DNA from: Anaeramoeba ignava BMAN
Lineage: Eukaryota; Protista; Anaeramoebae
Length of the DNA stretch: 64,000 nucleotides
Assembly: GCA_028826165.1 (NCBI GenBank)
Contig: JAPDFW010000070.1
Location: forward strand, 1,054,001 to 1,118,000
Direction: 5' to 3'
Each line of letters opens with the position of its first letter. Position 1 is the stretch's first letter. The position numbers and the translations under genes are program-made. Shown here piece after piece: positions 40,301-50,463 of the stretch. The notes below the pieces were generated by a model. The model was not told the DNA's origin and ran no database searches. It worked only from the letters and a program-made list of their open reading frames with translations.

Positions 40301-40467
40301 TTTTCTGGATATTTGCAAACAAAATGTAAAGGTTGTCCATCTTCATATAATTTTTTGGCATTGACATCTGCTCCTTCTTCAATTAAAGATTTAATTTCTT
40401 CAAATGAATTTTGTGTTAAAAATTCACAACTATCAATTAATTTATCATTTTTTTCAATTTGATTCAT
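37381..40467 (-). CDS. Ankyrin-repeat + tandem BTB domain protein
   Basis: Many ETPLHxxC...IIKFLIEKGADVNAK repeats; two BTB motifs (SDFKIKT..FNVHKLILLTR; KDFTII..IKVHKLILFIRSELFKGMF). Confidence 0.92.
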   Translation of the reverse strand: MNQIEKNDKLIDSCEFLTQNSFEEIKSLIEEGADVNAKKLYEDGQPLHFVCKYPEKNEYLFEIIKFLIEKGADVNATLRFRKETPLYLICQSLKRKIQKESESESESEIEKENENKENENKENEKEIQNKYPFEIIKFLVSNGADVNVKLSHNEETPLHAVCQSQNQYSFEIIKLLIEKGAQVKSQIINTYETPLHAVCQSQNQYSFEIIKFLIEKGARINAKTNIKQTPLHLICQSQNQNTFEIIKFLIEKGAKINAKTKYKETPLHFVCQYQNINQNTFEMIKFLVLNKADVNAKTKEKETVLHFICRNENQNENLLEIIKYFVSKKSKLNAKTVRNETVLHLACYQKLKEVVEFLVSRKVDVNVKTKSTNQTPLHYACQQNSIEIIKNLVENNADVNAKTKHHETPLHIICRHQINDEAVKYLISKGAHANVRTLYDKSTPLHYSCKHKNSIEVVKLLISEGVDVNAKTKQNEVALHFACQIQHQTKDSIQNSLEVIKYLISQKADVNAKNNYQETPLHFACLNQNEKSVEIIQNFISNGADVNAKTDRNQTPLHLVCQSQNRQKQTYEMIKFLINSGARINAKTNQNQTPLHLVCQSQNHQKQTYEMIEFLINSGADVNAKTNQNQTPLNFICFSRKPVSLKYMKLLIEKGADVNAKSIYKKTPLSISIQNKNEKAIQLLLMNDANFLDLKPNLKKSKEFINSFSKVHSINQDFNNLLKSNENLSDFKIKTKDDFEFNVHKLILLTRFDNNENILSKFIKICSQKSKEEVEIALNFLYSGFVDFENQIQNQIQIQNSNSNSNSIQKKYKIQLGNLYQNLNKNDHKSESENDTISLLSILSISLSSTSSTSSSSDDDDDDDQKDRNLKNKKKPNLEMEKEEKLREFLKEIEIDSEWIENKKGRKGILKDLKKLYEEDSKKDFTIILNKNENENEEEIKVHKLILFIRSELFKGMFLSVQDSSNKVHDYSKKSNETIKQLIYFLYHDEFNNERKESNLEINEEFEDLKDYYQLNENSIIDLLLKLI

Positions 40468-40514
40468 TAATTTAAAAAAAAAAATGAAAAAAATGAAAAA
40501 AAAAATTTTTTGAT

Positions 40515-43500
40515 TTAAATTAATTTTAATAATAAATCAATTATTGAATTTTCATTTAATTGATAATAATCTTTTAAATCTTCAAATTCTTCATTTATTT
40601 CTAATTTACTTTCTTTTCTTTCATTATTAAATTCATCATGATATAAAAAATAAATTAATTGTTTAATAGTTTTATTTGATTTTTTTGAATAATCATGAAC
40701 TTTATTTGATGAATCTTGAACACTTAAAAACATTCCTTTAAATAATTCACTTCTTATAAATAATATTAATTTGTGAACTTTGATTTCTTCTTCTTCATCA
40801 TTTTCATTTTTATTTAAAATTATTGTAAAATCTTTTTTGGAATCTTCTTCTTCATATAATTTCTTTAAATCTTTTAAAATTCCTTTTCTTCCTTTTTTAT
40901 TTTCAATCCATTCTGAATCAATTTCAATTTCTTTTAAAAATTCTCTTAATTTTCTTCTTTTTTTTCGTTTTCTTCTTTTTGGGAATCAAAAAAGTAAATG
41001 GGATTGCTTTCATTTTCAAATTGTGATTTAATCATTTCAAAATCAACAAATCCTGAATAAATGAAATTTAGAGCAATTTCAACTTCTTCTTTTGATTTTT
41101 GTGAGCAAATTTTAATAAATTTTGATAAAATATTTTCATTATTATCAAATCTTGTTAATAAAATTAATTTATGAACATTAAATTCAAAATCATCTTCTGT
41201 TTTGATTTTAAAATCTGATAAATTTTCATTTGATTTTAACAAGTTATTAAAATCTTGATTAATTGAATGCACTTTTGAAAATGAATTTATAAATTCTTTT
41301 GATTTTTTGAGATTTGATTTTAAATCTAAAAAATTAGCATCATTCATTAATAATAATTGAATTGCCTTTTCATTCTTATTTTGAATTGAAATTGAAAGAG
41401 GTGTTTCTTTATTTAAATTTTCTTGATTAACCACAATTTTTTTACGAAGAAGAAATTTAATTGATTCTATCGAACCACTTCTACATGAATAATGTAATAC
41501 ATTCTCATAAGTTTTTGTTAATGAATTAACATCAGCTCCGTTAGAAATTAAAATTTCTAGAATCTGGGTTGAATTTTTTTGTTGAGCAATATAATGTAAT
41601 GGTGTTTCATTATGGAGTGTTTTTGAATTAATATCTGCTCCATTTGATATCAGAAATTTGATAATTTCAGATGATTTTTCATTTTGATTCAAACAAGCAA
41701 AATGTAATGCTGATTTTTGGTAGTTATTGCAAGTATTAATATCAATTCCATTTGATATAAGAAATTTGATAATTTCAAAAGAATTTTCATGTGAATTTTG
41801 ACAAGCAAAATGCAATGCTGTTTGTATATGTTTTGTTTTTGCATTAATATCAATTCCGTTTGAGACAAGAAATTTGATAAGTTCTAATGAATTATTGTTT
41901 TGGTACTGGCAAGCCAAGTGTAAAAATGTTTGATTTTCAAATGTTTTTGCATTGATATCAGTTTTGTTTGACACAAGAAATTTTGTAATTTCAAAAGAGT
42001 TTTCATTTTGATTCTCGCAAGCATAATGTAAAGGTGTTATTTTTTGGAATTTTGTTCTAGCATTCACATCTGCCTTGTTTTCAACAAGGAATTTTATAAT
42101 TTCAAATGAATTTTCATTTGGATATTTGCAAGCAAAATGCAAAGTTGTTTCTTTTTCTTGTTTCGTTTTTCCATTAATGCTTGCTTTTTTTGAAACAAGA
42201 AATTTGATAATTTCGAATAAATCTTCATTTCCTTTTTGATATTTTAAAGCATAATGTAAAACTGATTCGTGTTCATTTGTATTTGAATTAACATCTGCTT
42301 TCTTTTCAACAAGATATTTGATAATTTCAAATATTTTTTCATTTTCGTTTTGATATTGTAAAGCATAATGTAAAGGTGTTTCTTTGTATTTTTTTGTTTT
42401 GATATTAACATCTGCTTTGTTATCAACAAGATATTTGATAATTTCAAATAATTTTTCATTTTCCTTTTGATATTGGAAAGCAAAATGCAAAGCACACTCT
42501 TTATGATTTGTTTTCAAATTTATATCAATTTTTTTTGAAGCAACAAGATACATGATAATTTCCAATGAAACTTTTTTATTTTGTAAAGCAAAGTGCAAAA
42601 CATTCTTTTTATTTTTTGTTTTTGCACTCAGATCAACCCCTTTTGAAACTAAGTATTCAACAACTTCAAGAGATATTTTCTCATTCTGTAAAGCAAAATG
42701 AAGAGCATTTTCATTTTGATATGTTTTTGCATTGATTTCAGCTCCTTTTTCAATTAACAATTTGATAATTTCAAGTGAATTATTTTGGCATGCAAAATGC
42801 AATACACTTTGTTTGTCTTTTGTGATGCCATTAATATCAATTTCTTTTGAAATGAGAAATTCAATAACTTCAAGTGTCATTTTTTTGTTTTGACAAGCAA
42901 AATGCAAGAATGATTCCTTTTGAACTGTTTTTGAATGAGTGTATATTCCTTTTGAAATTAATAACTTTGTAATTTCAATTAAATCCTCATTTCTGTTTTT
43001 CAGAGCACAATGCAAAACAGTTTCATAATTATTCATCCTTGCCTCAATCTTAACTCCTTTTTCAATCAAAAATTGAACAACTTGAAGTGAGTTACTTTTG
43101 CAAGCCAAATGTAATGCGTTTTCACCCCTCGTAGTTGTGGAATTAATATCAATCACTTTTGGCAATAAGAAAGTGATAACTTCAATTGAATTGTTTTGGC
43201 AAGCATAACGAAACATTGATTCATGTCCATAACTTGTTAATTTGGGATTAAGTTCTTTTTCGTGTAAAAATTGAATAACTTCAACTGAATTATATTGACA
43301 AGCAAAACCTAAAATAGACATATAACTATTTGTTATTGCATCAATGTCAGCCCCTTGCTCAATTAAAAACTCAATTATATCCACTGAATCATTTTTGCAA
43401 GCAAAATGTAAAGCAGTTTCATTTTGGCTTGATTTTGCATTAACATTAGCTCCATTATCAATTAGATAATTGATTATCTCAAGCTTGTTTTCTGATTTTG

Positions 43501-43831
43501 AGTAAATAATTGAATAATGAAGGATTGTTTTTCCTTCTTTGTCTTTTGCCTCTATATCTGCTCCTTTTTCAATTAGTAATTTAATAACCTCAAAATTGTA
43601 ATTATTTTTAAAAGCAAAATGCAAAGCAGTTCTTTTTTCTTCTTCATCAATTCCATTCGGGTTTGCTCCCCTTTCAATTAAGAATTGGATCATCTCTTTT
43701 GAAACTTTTTTTTTAATTGCAAACTTTAGTATTTTTTGTGCTTTTTTCTTAATTTGTTTATCTATCAAATCATTATCAATTAATTTTAATTGTTCTATAT
43801 CATTTTGTTCAATAATTTTTAAAAGATCCAT
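40515..43831 (-). CDS. Ankyrin-repeat + tandem BTB domain protein (paralog), apparent frameshift near 40960
   Basis: ATG at 43831 (MDLLKIIEQ); about 20 ankyrin repeats. The C-terminal BTB region is nearly identical to the neighbour and continues in another frame through ORF 40515..40733. Confidence 0.85.
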
Positions 43832-43890
43832 TTCTGGAAAGAAAAATGAAAAATCATAAAAACAAAAAAAAAAATACAAATTGTTTATTT

Positions 43891-45423
43891 TCAAATGAAA
43901 TAAGTCTCAACTTCATCAACAATCCATGATTCATAAGAACCAGCTAAATAACTTCGAGATTCGTTTGTTCCATAAGTAATTCCATTAGGTATACTGTAAC
44001 GATAGCCAAGATTTGAACGACCAGTTTTTAAATTGGATTTTAAAAGAAAATCAACTGTATAAGAATTAAATCCAAAAATTGGACCATAATTAGAGTGATA
44101 ATAAATGGCATATTGTTGGTGATCTTGTTTAATTGGAAATTTGTGAGGTTGTCTGTTATTCTTATCATTTCTTAACGAAAAAATAAAAGCATATGGATCT
44201 GGAATAAATCCAAAATTGCGAATTCTATCTTTTTCTTTCCATTTTGATTTATTATTTGTGAATCCAATTCGAGTAAATCCTCCAAAAATAAAATTATCAT
44301 TTGTTTGGATAAGAACTAATGTTTTTCCTTTATTATCCACTTTTTTATGCCAATTTTCACAGTCAAATCCATCTCTTGTTGCTGAAAATCCTTTTTTCAT
44401 TTTAGAAAAAAAATCATTATCATTTATCCATTCTTTTAATTTATTGAAATGTTCTTGCTCCTGAATGATTGAAGAGGTGCTTAAACTTAATCTTGACTTG
44501 AAAACTACTATATCTTCTTTTTCTTTTTCAATAAATTTATTTAATTCCTCTCCATTTTCTTCATTATCATTTTGGAGTATCAAAAATTTAACTAATTTCC
44601 GGAAAATTTGATTTGGAATTAAATCTTCTTTCAAAACAGTTTTAAGTTCTTTTGTTGAGAAATCAATAAACCTAATTTTATGAATAATATTTGCAATTTG
44701 ATCTTGTAATTTTTCTTTTTCTTTTTCATTTTCATTTTCTTTTTCATTTTCTTTTTCATTTTCATTTTCTTTTTCTTTTTCATTTTCTTGATTAATGTTT
44801 AATTTATTTTTTCCCCATTTTGTTATTGATTGGAAAATTTCAAATTCATTTAATGGAATAAAATCATTTGATAATATTGAATTTAAATGATTTTCTTCAA
44901 GTTCAAGAAAAAATGGGGTTTTAATAAATTCTTCAAAATTTTCAGAAATAAATTGATAAGAAAAATTCATTAATTGATTTAGATTCATTGATTCAGATAA
45001 TTTAAGAATATCAACAACAGTTTCAATTTGGAAGTTGTTTTTGATAAATTTTGAACAAATTTTAATTAATTCATCAATTAAATATTTTGATGAAAAAATT
45101 AAAATTTCAACAGCATTTTCTAAATTAATTTTAATTTTCCCTGAATAAAAATAATTCAAAATTGAAAATAGAATTGAACTTGAAACATCTTTTAAAATTA
45201 ATTTATTTTCTTGATATTCTTTCATTTTTGAATTGAAAAGTGATTTAAAATATTGACTTCTTGAAGAAAGAATTGATTTATGAGTTTTAAATGAAATTTG
45301 ATTTTGTTCACAAATTATTTCAAAATCAAAATAACTTTCATTTTGGTTTTGATTTTGATATTGATTTTCAAATAAATTTTTTAAATCATTTGAAAGTTTT
45401 TTATAATTTGAATAAGTTTTCAT
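43891..45423 (-). CDS. BTB/BACK + TLDc domain protein
   Basis: FKTHKSILSSRSQYFKSLF..MKE; BACK-like NEFEIFQSITKW..IRF; TLDc FSATRDGF, FIFGGFT, YGPIFG, EVETYFI. Confidence 0.92.
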   Translation of the reverse strand: MKTYSNYKKLSNDLKNLFENQYQNQNQNESYFDFEIICEQNQISFKTHKSILSSRSQYFKSLFNSKMKEYQENKLILKDVSSSILFSILNYFYSGKIKINLENAVEILIFSSKYLIDELIKICSKFIKNNFQIETVVDILKLSESMNLNQLMNFSYQFISENFEEFIKTPFFLELEENHLNSILSNDFIPLNEFEIFQSITKWGKNKLNINQENEKEKENENEKENEKENENEKEKEKLQDQIANIIHKIRFIDFSTKELKTVLKEDLIPNQIFRKLVKFLILQNDNEENGEELNKFIEKEKEDIVVFKSRLSLSTSSIIQEQEHFNKLKEWINDNDFFSKMKKGFSATRDGFDCENWHKKVDNKGKTLVLIQTNDNFIFGGFTRIGFTNNKSKWKEKDRIRNFGFIPDPYAFIFSLRNDKNNRQPHKFPIKQDHQQYAIYYHSNYGPIFGFNSYTVDFLLKSNLKTGRSNLGYRYSIPNGITYGTNESRSYLAGSYESWIVDEVETYFI

Positions 45424-45519
45424 TTTTTATAAACAAATAAAAACAAAAATAAACAAAAAAAAAATGAAAAAAAGGAAAACGTTAAAAAATTTTTTTTCAT
45501 TTTTCTTATTTTTTTTATA

Positions 45520-46698
45520 ATGGAAAAAATATCAAAACTTTCTATTAATTTACAATTATTTTTACAAATTTTTTTATTTCGAGATATAATTCCAGAAAAA
45601 GAATTAATAAAATTATTTGAAACTATATTAAAAAAAGAATTTAAAGATGAACCAATAATCCATAAGACAATTCAACAATATGAAGAAAAAGAAATTGAAA
45701 ATGAAAAAGAAGAAGATGAAGATGATGAAAATGAAAATGAAAATGAAAATGAAAATATAAATCTAAGTCAAAATATAAATCTAAGTCAAAATCCAAATCT
45801 AAGTCAAAATCCAAATGAAAGTCAAAATGAAAATATAAATCAAAGTCAACATCAAAGTCAAAATATTGAAGATATTGAAGATATTGAAAATGTTGATATT
45901 GAATATCATAGTGAATTAGATGGAATTAATGAAAATAATGAATATCATAGTGAAACAGATCAAATTAATTCAAATATGAATATTGAAAATCAAAATCAAA
46001 ATCAAAATCAAAATGAAAATGAAAATGAAAATCAAAATCAAAATCAAAATCAAAATGAAAATCAAAATGAAAATCAATTCACAATAATTGATTTCGAAGT
46101 TGAAAAACAAAATAAATTAGATGTAAAAGAACTCCCTAAGTTAATCAATCTAATCAACGAATGCATCAGTAAATTTTCACTTTCAATCAGAAGAATTAAA
46201 GATTTTGAAAATGATGGAGAAATCTATTATGGATTAATTAATACACTTTATACAAAAGAAAAAGAAATTATGACAGCTTCATCTATTTATTCGAAAATTG
46301 AAACACATTTTTTAAAAAAAATCATTGAATCAATTCTTAACACAGAAAATGGAACAATTTTCTTTCATCAAGCACAAGATATATCTAAAGAAATACCTGG
46401 TTTTGGAAGTACTCGAGCAAAAATATCAATTGAAAAATTTATTCAAGGAAAATGGTTACAACAAATTAGGAATAGGGAAATTTCACTTGGAATTCGTTCT
46501 TTTCTTGATCTTGAATCTTTTTTGGAATCTTTCCCTCATATTTCTAAATGTTCTTTTTGTGAAAGAGTTTGTGTTCGAAAAATTGTTTGTTCAAATTGTC
46601 AGAAAAGTTTCCATCAATTTTGTTTATCAAATTTTTTTAATCAAACAAAAGATTCGAAATGTCCGGAATGTTCACATGAAATTTTAATAGAGAAATGA
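45520..46698 (+). CDS. NSE1: Non-SMC element 1 of the Smc5/6 complex (winged-helix + RING-like)
   Basis: FLQIFL..IIPE, YYGLIN, FLKKIIESI, KFIQGKWL..ISLGIRSFLDL and C-terminal CSFC..CSNC..FHQFC..CPEC; long acidic/NQ insert. Confidence 0.82.
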   Translation: MEKISKLSINLQLFLQIFLFRDIIPEKELIKLFETILKKEFKDEPIIHKTIQQYEEKEIENEKEEDEDDENENENENENINLSQNINLSQNPNLSQNPNESQNENINQSQHQSQNIEDIEDIENVDIEYHSELDGINENNEYHSETDQINSNMNIENQNQNQNQNENENENQNQNQNQNENQNENQFTIIDFEVEKQNKLDVKELPKLINLINECISKFSLSIRRIKDFENDGEIYYGLINTLYTKEKEIMTASSIYSKIETHFLKKIIESILNTENGTIFFHQAQDISKEIPGFGSTRAKISIEKFIQGKWLQQIRNREISLGIRSFLDLESFLESFPHISKCSFCERVCVRKIVCSNCQKSFHQFCLSNFFNQTKDSKCPECSHEILIEK

Positions 46699-46979
46699 TT
46701 ATTTTTTTTTTTTCTTTCTTCTTTTTAATTCCATTTTTCTTTTTTCTTTTAAATTAATAAAAAAAAAAAAAAAGGAAAAAAAAAAAAATTTTTTAATTTT
46801 AAAAAAATAAAAAACAGAGAAAACGTTTTGTTTTGAATAAAATTTATTCAAATCCAAAAAAAAAGAAGAAACTTTAAACTTAAATTTAAATTTAAATTTA
46901 AAAAATTTATTTTTTTTTTTAAATTTTATTTTTCATTTTTTTTTCTTTTCTGTTTTTTTATTTTTTATTTTTATTTTTA

Positions 46980-49900
46980 ATGGATTTAGATCCTGATATT
47001 GGTGGTGATTATGATTTACTTGTGAAATTGCTTTTAATTGGTGATAGTGGTGTTGGAAAATCATCTCTTCTTTTAAGATTTTCTGTAAATCAATTCTTTT
47101 TTTTATTATTTATATTATAAACAAAAAAAAAAAACGCAAAATTTTTTTTTTTTTTGCTTTTTTTTTTATAATTAAATTATTTAAATTTTGAAATAATTTG
47201 TTATTTTATTATTAGGAAAACAAATTTTCACCAAGTTTCATTACAACAATAGGGTATTTATTATGAATTATTATTATGAATTGAAATTCATTTCCCCATT
47301 ACAACTGAAATTTATTTTGAAATTAAAATTCAATTCATTTATAAAATTCAATTCATTTATAAAATTAAATTCATTTATAAAATTCAATTCATTTATAAAA
47401 TTCAATTCATTTACAAAATTAAAATCATTTACAAAATTAAATTCAAATTCATTTACAAAATTAAAATTAAATTCATTTACAAAAATAAAATTAAATTCAT
47501 TTATAAAATTAAAATTAAATTCATTTATAAAATTCAATTCATTTATAAAATTAAAATTAAATTCATTTATAAAATTAAAATTAAATTCATTTATAAAATT
47601 AAAATTAAATTTATTTATAAAATTAAAATTAAATTCATTTATAAAATTCAATTCATTTATAAAATTCAATTCATTTACAAAATTAATTTATTTACAAAAT
47701 TAAAATTAAATTCATTTATAAAATTAAAATTAAATTCATTTATAAAATTAAAATTAAATTCATTTATAAAATTAAAATTTAATTCATTTACAAAATTAAA
47801 ATTCAATTCATTTTTAAAATTAAATTCATTTACAAAATTAAAATTTAATTCATTTATAAAATTAAATTCATTTACAAAATTCAATTCATTTACAAAATTA
47901 AATTCATTTATAAAATTAAAATTAAATTCATTTATAAAATTAAAATTTAATTCATTTATAAAATTAAAATTCATTTATAAAATTCAATTCATTTACAAAA
48001 TTAATTTATTTACAAAATTAAAATTAAATTCATTTATAAAATTAAAATTAAATTCATTTATAAAATTAAAATTTAATTCATTTACAAAATTAAAATTTAA
48101 TTCATTTATAAAATTAAATTCATTTACAAAATTAAAATTTAATTCATTTATAAAATTAAATTCATTTACAAAATTCAATTCATTTACAAAATTAATTTAT
48201 TTACAAAATTAAAATTAAATTCATTTATAAAATTAAAATTAAATTCATTTATAAAATTAAAATTAAATTCATTTATAAAATTAAAATTAAATTCATTTAC
48301 AAAATTAAAATTAAATTCATTTATAAAATTTAATTCATTTACAAAATTAAAATTAAATTCATTTATAAAATTAAAATTAAATTCATTTATAAAATTAAAA
48401 TTAAATTCATTTATAAAATTAAAATTAAAATTAAAATTAAAATTAAAATTAAAATTAAAATTAAAATTAAAATTAAAATTAAAATTAAAATTAAAATTAA
48501 CATTGATTTTAAAGTCCGAATTCTTGATTTGGATGGAAAAAAAGTGAAACTTCAAATTTGGGTAAATTTATATTTTTTGTAGAGAGAATATTTAATACTT
48601 AATATTTAATATTTAATATTTAATATTTAATATTTAATATTTAATAGGATACAGCAGGTCAAGAAAGATTTCGAACAATTACAACAGGTAAAAATTTATT
48701 TAAAAATATATTTAAAAATATATTTAAAAATTTATTCAAAAATATATTTAAAAATATATTCAAAAATTTATCCAAAAATTTATTCCAAAATTTATTTAAA
48801 AATATATTCAAAAATTTATCCAAAAATTTATTCCAAAATTTATTTAAAAATTTATTCAAAAATATATTTAAAAATTTATTTAAAAATTTATTCAAAAATA
48901 TATTTAAAAATATATTCAAAAATATATTTAAAAATAATTTATTTAAAAATTTATTCAAAAATTTATTTAAAAATAATTTATTTAAAAATTTATTCAAAAA
49001 TATATTCAAAAATATATTTAAAAATTATTCAAAAATTTATTTAAAAATTTATTTAAAAATTTATTTAAAAATATATTTAAAAATTTATTTAAAAATATAT
49101 TCAAAAATTTATTCCAAAATTTATTCCAAAATATATTTAAAAATATATTTAAAAATATATTTAAAAATTTATTCAAAAATTTATTTAAAAATATATTTAA
49201 AAATATATTCAAAAATATATTTAAAAATTTATTTAAAAATATATTCAAAAATTTATTTAAAAATATATTCAAAAATATATTCAAAAATATATTCAAAATT
49301 CAAATATATTTAAAAATTTATTTAAAAATTTATTTAAAAATTTATTTAAAAATATATTTAAAAATTTATTTAAAAATATATTCAAAAATTTATTCCAAAA
49401 TTTATTCCAAATATATTTAAAAATATATTTAAAAATATATTTAAAAATTTATTCAAAAATTTATTTAAAAATATATTTAAAAATATATTCAAAAATATAT
49501 TTAAAAATTTATTTAAAAATATATTCAAAAATTTATTTAAAAATATATTCAAAAATATATTCAAAAATATATTCAAAAATATATTCAAAAATATATTTAA
49601 AAATTTATTTAAAAATATATTTAAAAATTTATTTAAAAATATATTCAAAAATTTATTCCAAAATTTATTCCAAAATTTATTCAAAAATATATTTAAAAAT
49701 TTATTCAAAAATATATTCAAAAATTTATTCAAAAATTTATTCAAAAATATATTTAAAAATTTATAATAAATATTCAAGCTTATTATCGAGGAGCAATGGG
49801 AATCCTTTTAGTTTATGATGTAACAGATGAAAATTCATTTAATAATGTAAGGAATTGGATGAAAAACATTGAAAAACATGCAACTGAAGATGTGAACAAA

Positions 49901-50179
49901 ATGCTTATTGGAAACAAATGCGATATGAGAGAACAAAAAGTAATTGAAACATCAAAAGGTCAAGCATTAGCAGATGAATTTGGAATTCCATTTATGGAAA
50001 CATCAGCAAAAGATCAAACAAATGTGGATTCTGCTTTCATTTTTATGGCAAAAGAAGTGAAAAAAAGATTATATTCAGATGATAAGGCACTTCCACGTCA
50101 ACAACAACAAAATTCAATTGTTTTGAATGGTAATTCAATGAATAGTCGTGGAGAATCTAAAAAAGGTTGTTGTAAATAA
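46980..50179 (+). CDS. RAB8: Rab8/Sec4/RabE-family small GTPase, five exons
   Basis: Exons 46980-47084, 47216-47253, 48501-48561, 48648-48687, 49779-50179. Motifs [51 protein letters not shown] and C-terminal GCCK. Confidence 0.92.
47310..48500. repeat. Intronic AAATTAAATTCATTTA(T/C)A minisatellite
   Basis: 15-21 bp units ending in pure (AAAATT)n; fills Rab intron 2. Confidence 0.92.
48690..49770. repeat. Intronic 12-bp minisatellite AAAAAT(T/A)TATT(T/C)
   Basis: Roughly 90 units fill Rab intron 4. Confidence 0.92.
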
Positions 50180-50420
50180 CCCAAACTATTTGGCTTTTCA
50201 AAAGTATACACGTTCCTCTTCAAAAAATTTTTTTTTTTTTTGGATCTTTCATTTCTTTTTCCAAAAACAAAATTCTATTGATTCTTTTTTTTTTCTTTTT
50301 TTTCTTTTCTTTTTTTTTTCTTTTCTTTGCAGACGAGAATCAACAAAGAAGAATAAAAAACTCATCTATTTTTAATTTTTATTTTTTATTTTAATTTTTA
50401 TTTAAAAAAAAAGTTCCAAA

Positions 50421-50460
50421 TCATTTTTTTCATTTTTTTTCATTTTTTTTCATTTTTTTT
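50421..50460 (+). promoter_or_regulatory. Tandem TCA(T)n initiator-like elements just upstream of ATG
   Basis: Four tandem TCATTTTTT copies ending 3 nt before the ATG at 50464; the same motif precedes most ATGs in the window. Confidence 0.45.
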
Positions 50461-50463
50461 ATA

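Noticed and set aside
40515-41030. Separate small gene or pseudogene at 40515..40733
   Set aside because: It is the C-terminus of the upstream ANK-BTB gene; the frameshift lies in T homopolymers and is probably a sequencing error.
47263-49777. NF/FLNK-repeat ORFs
   Set aside because: These are translations of intronic minisatellites within the Rab gene.
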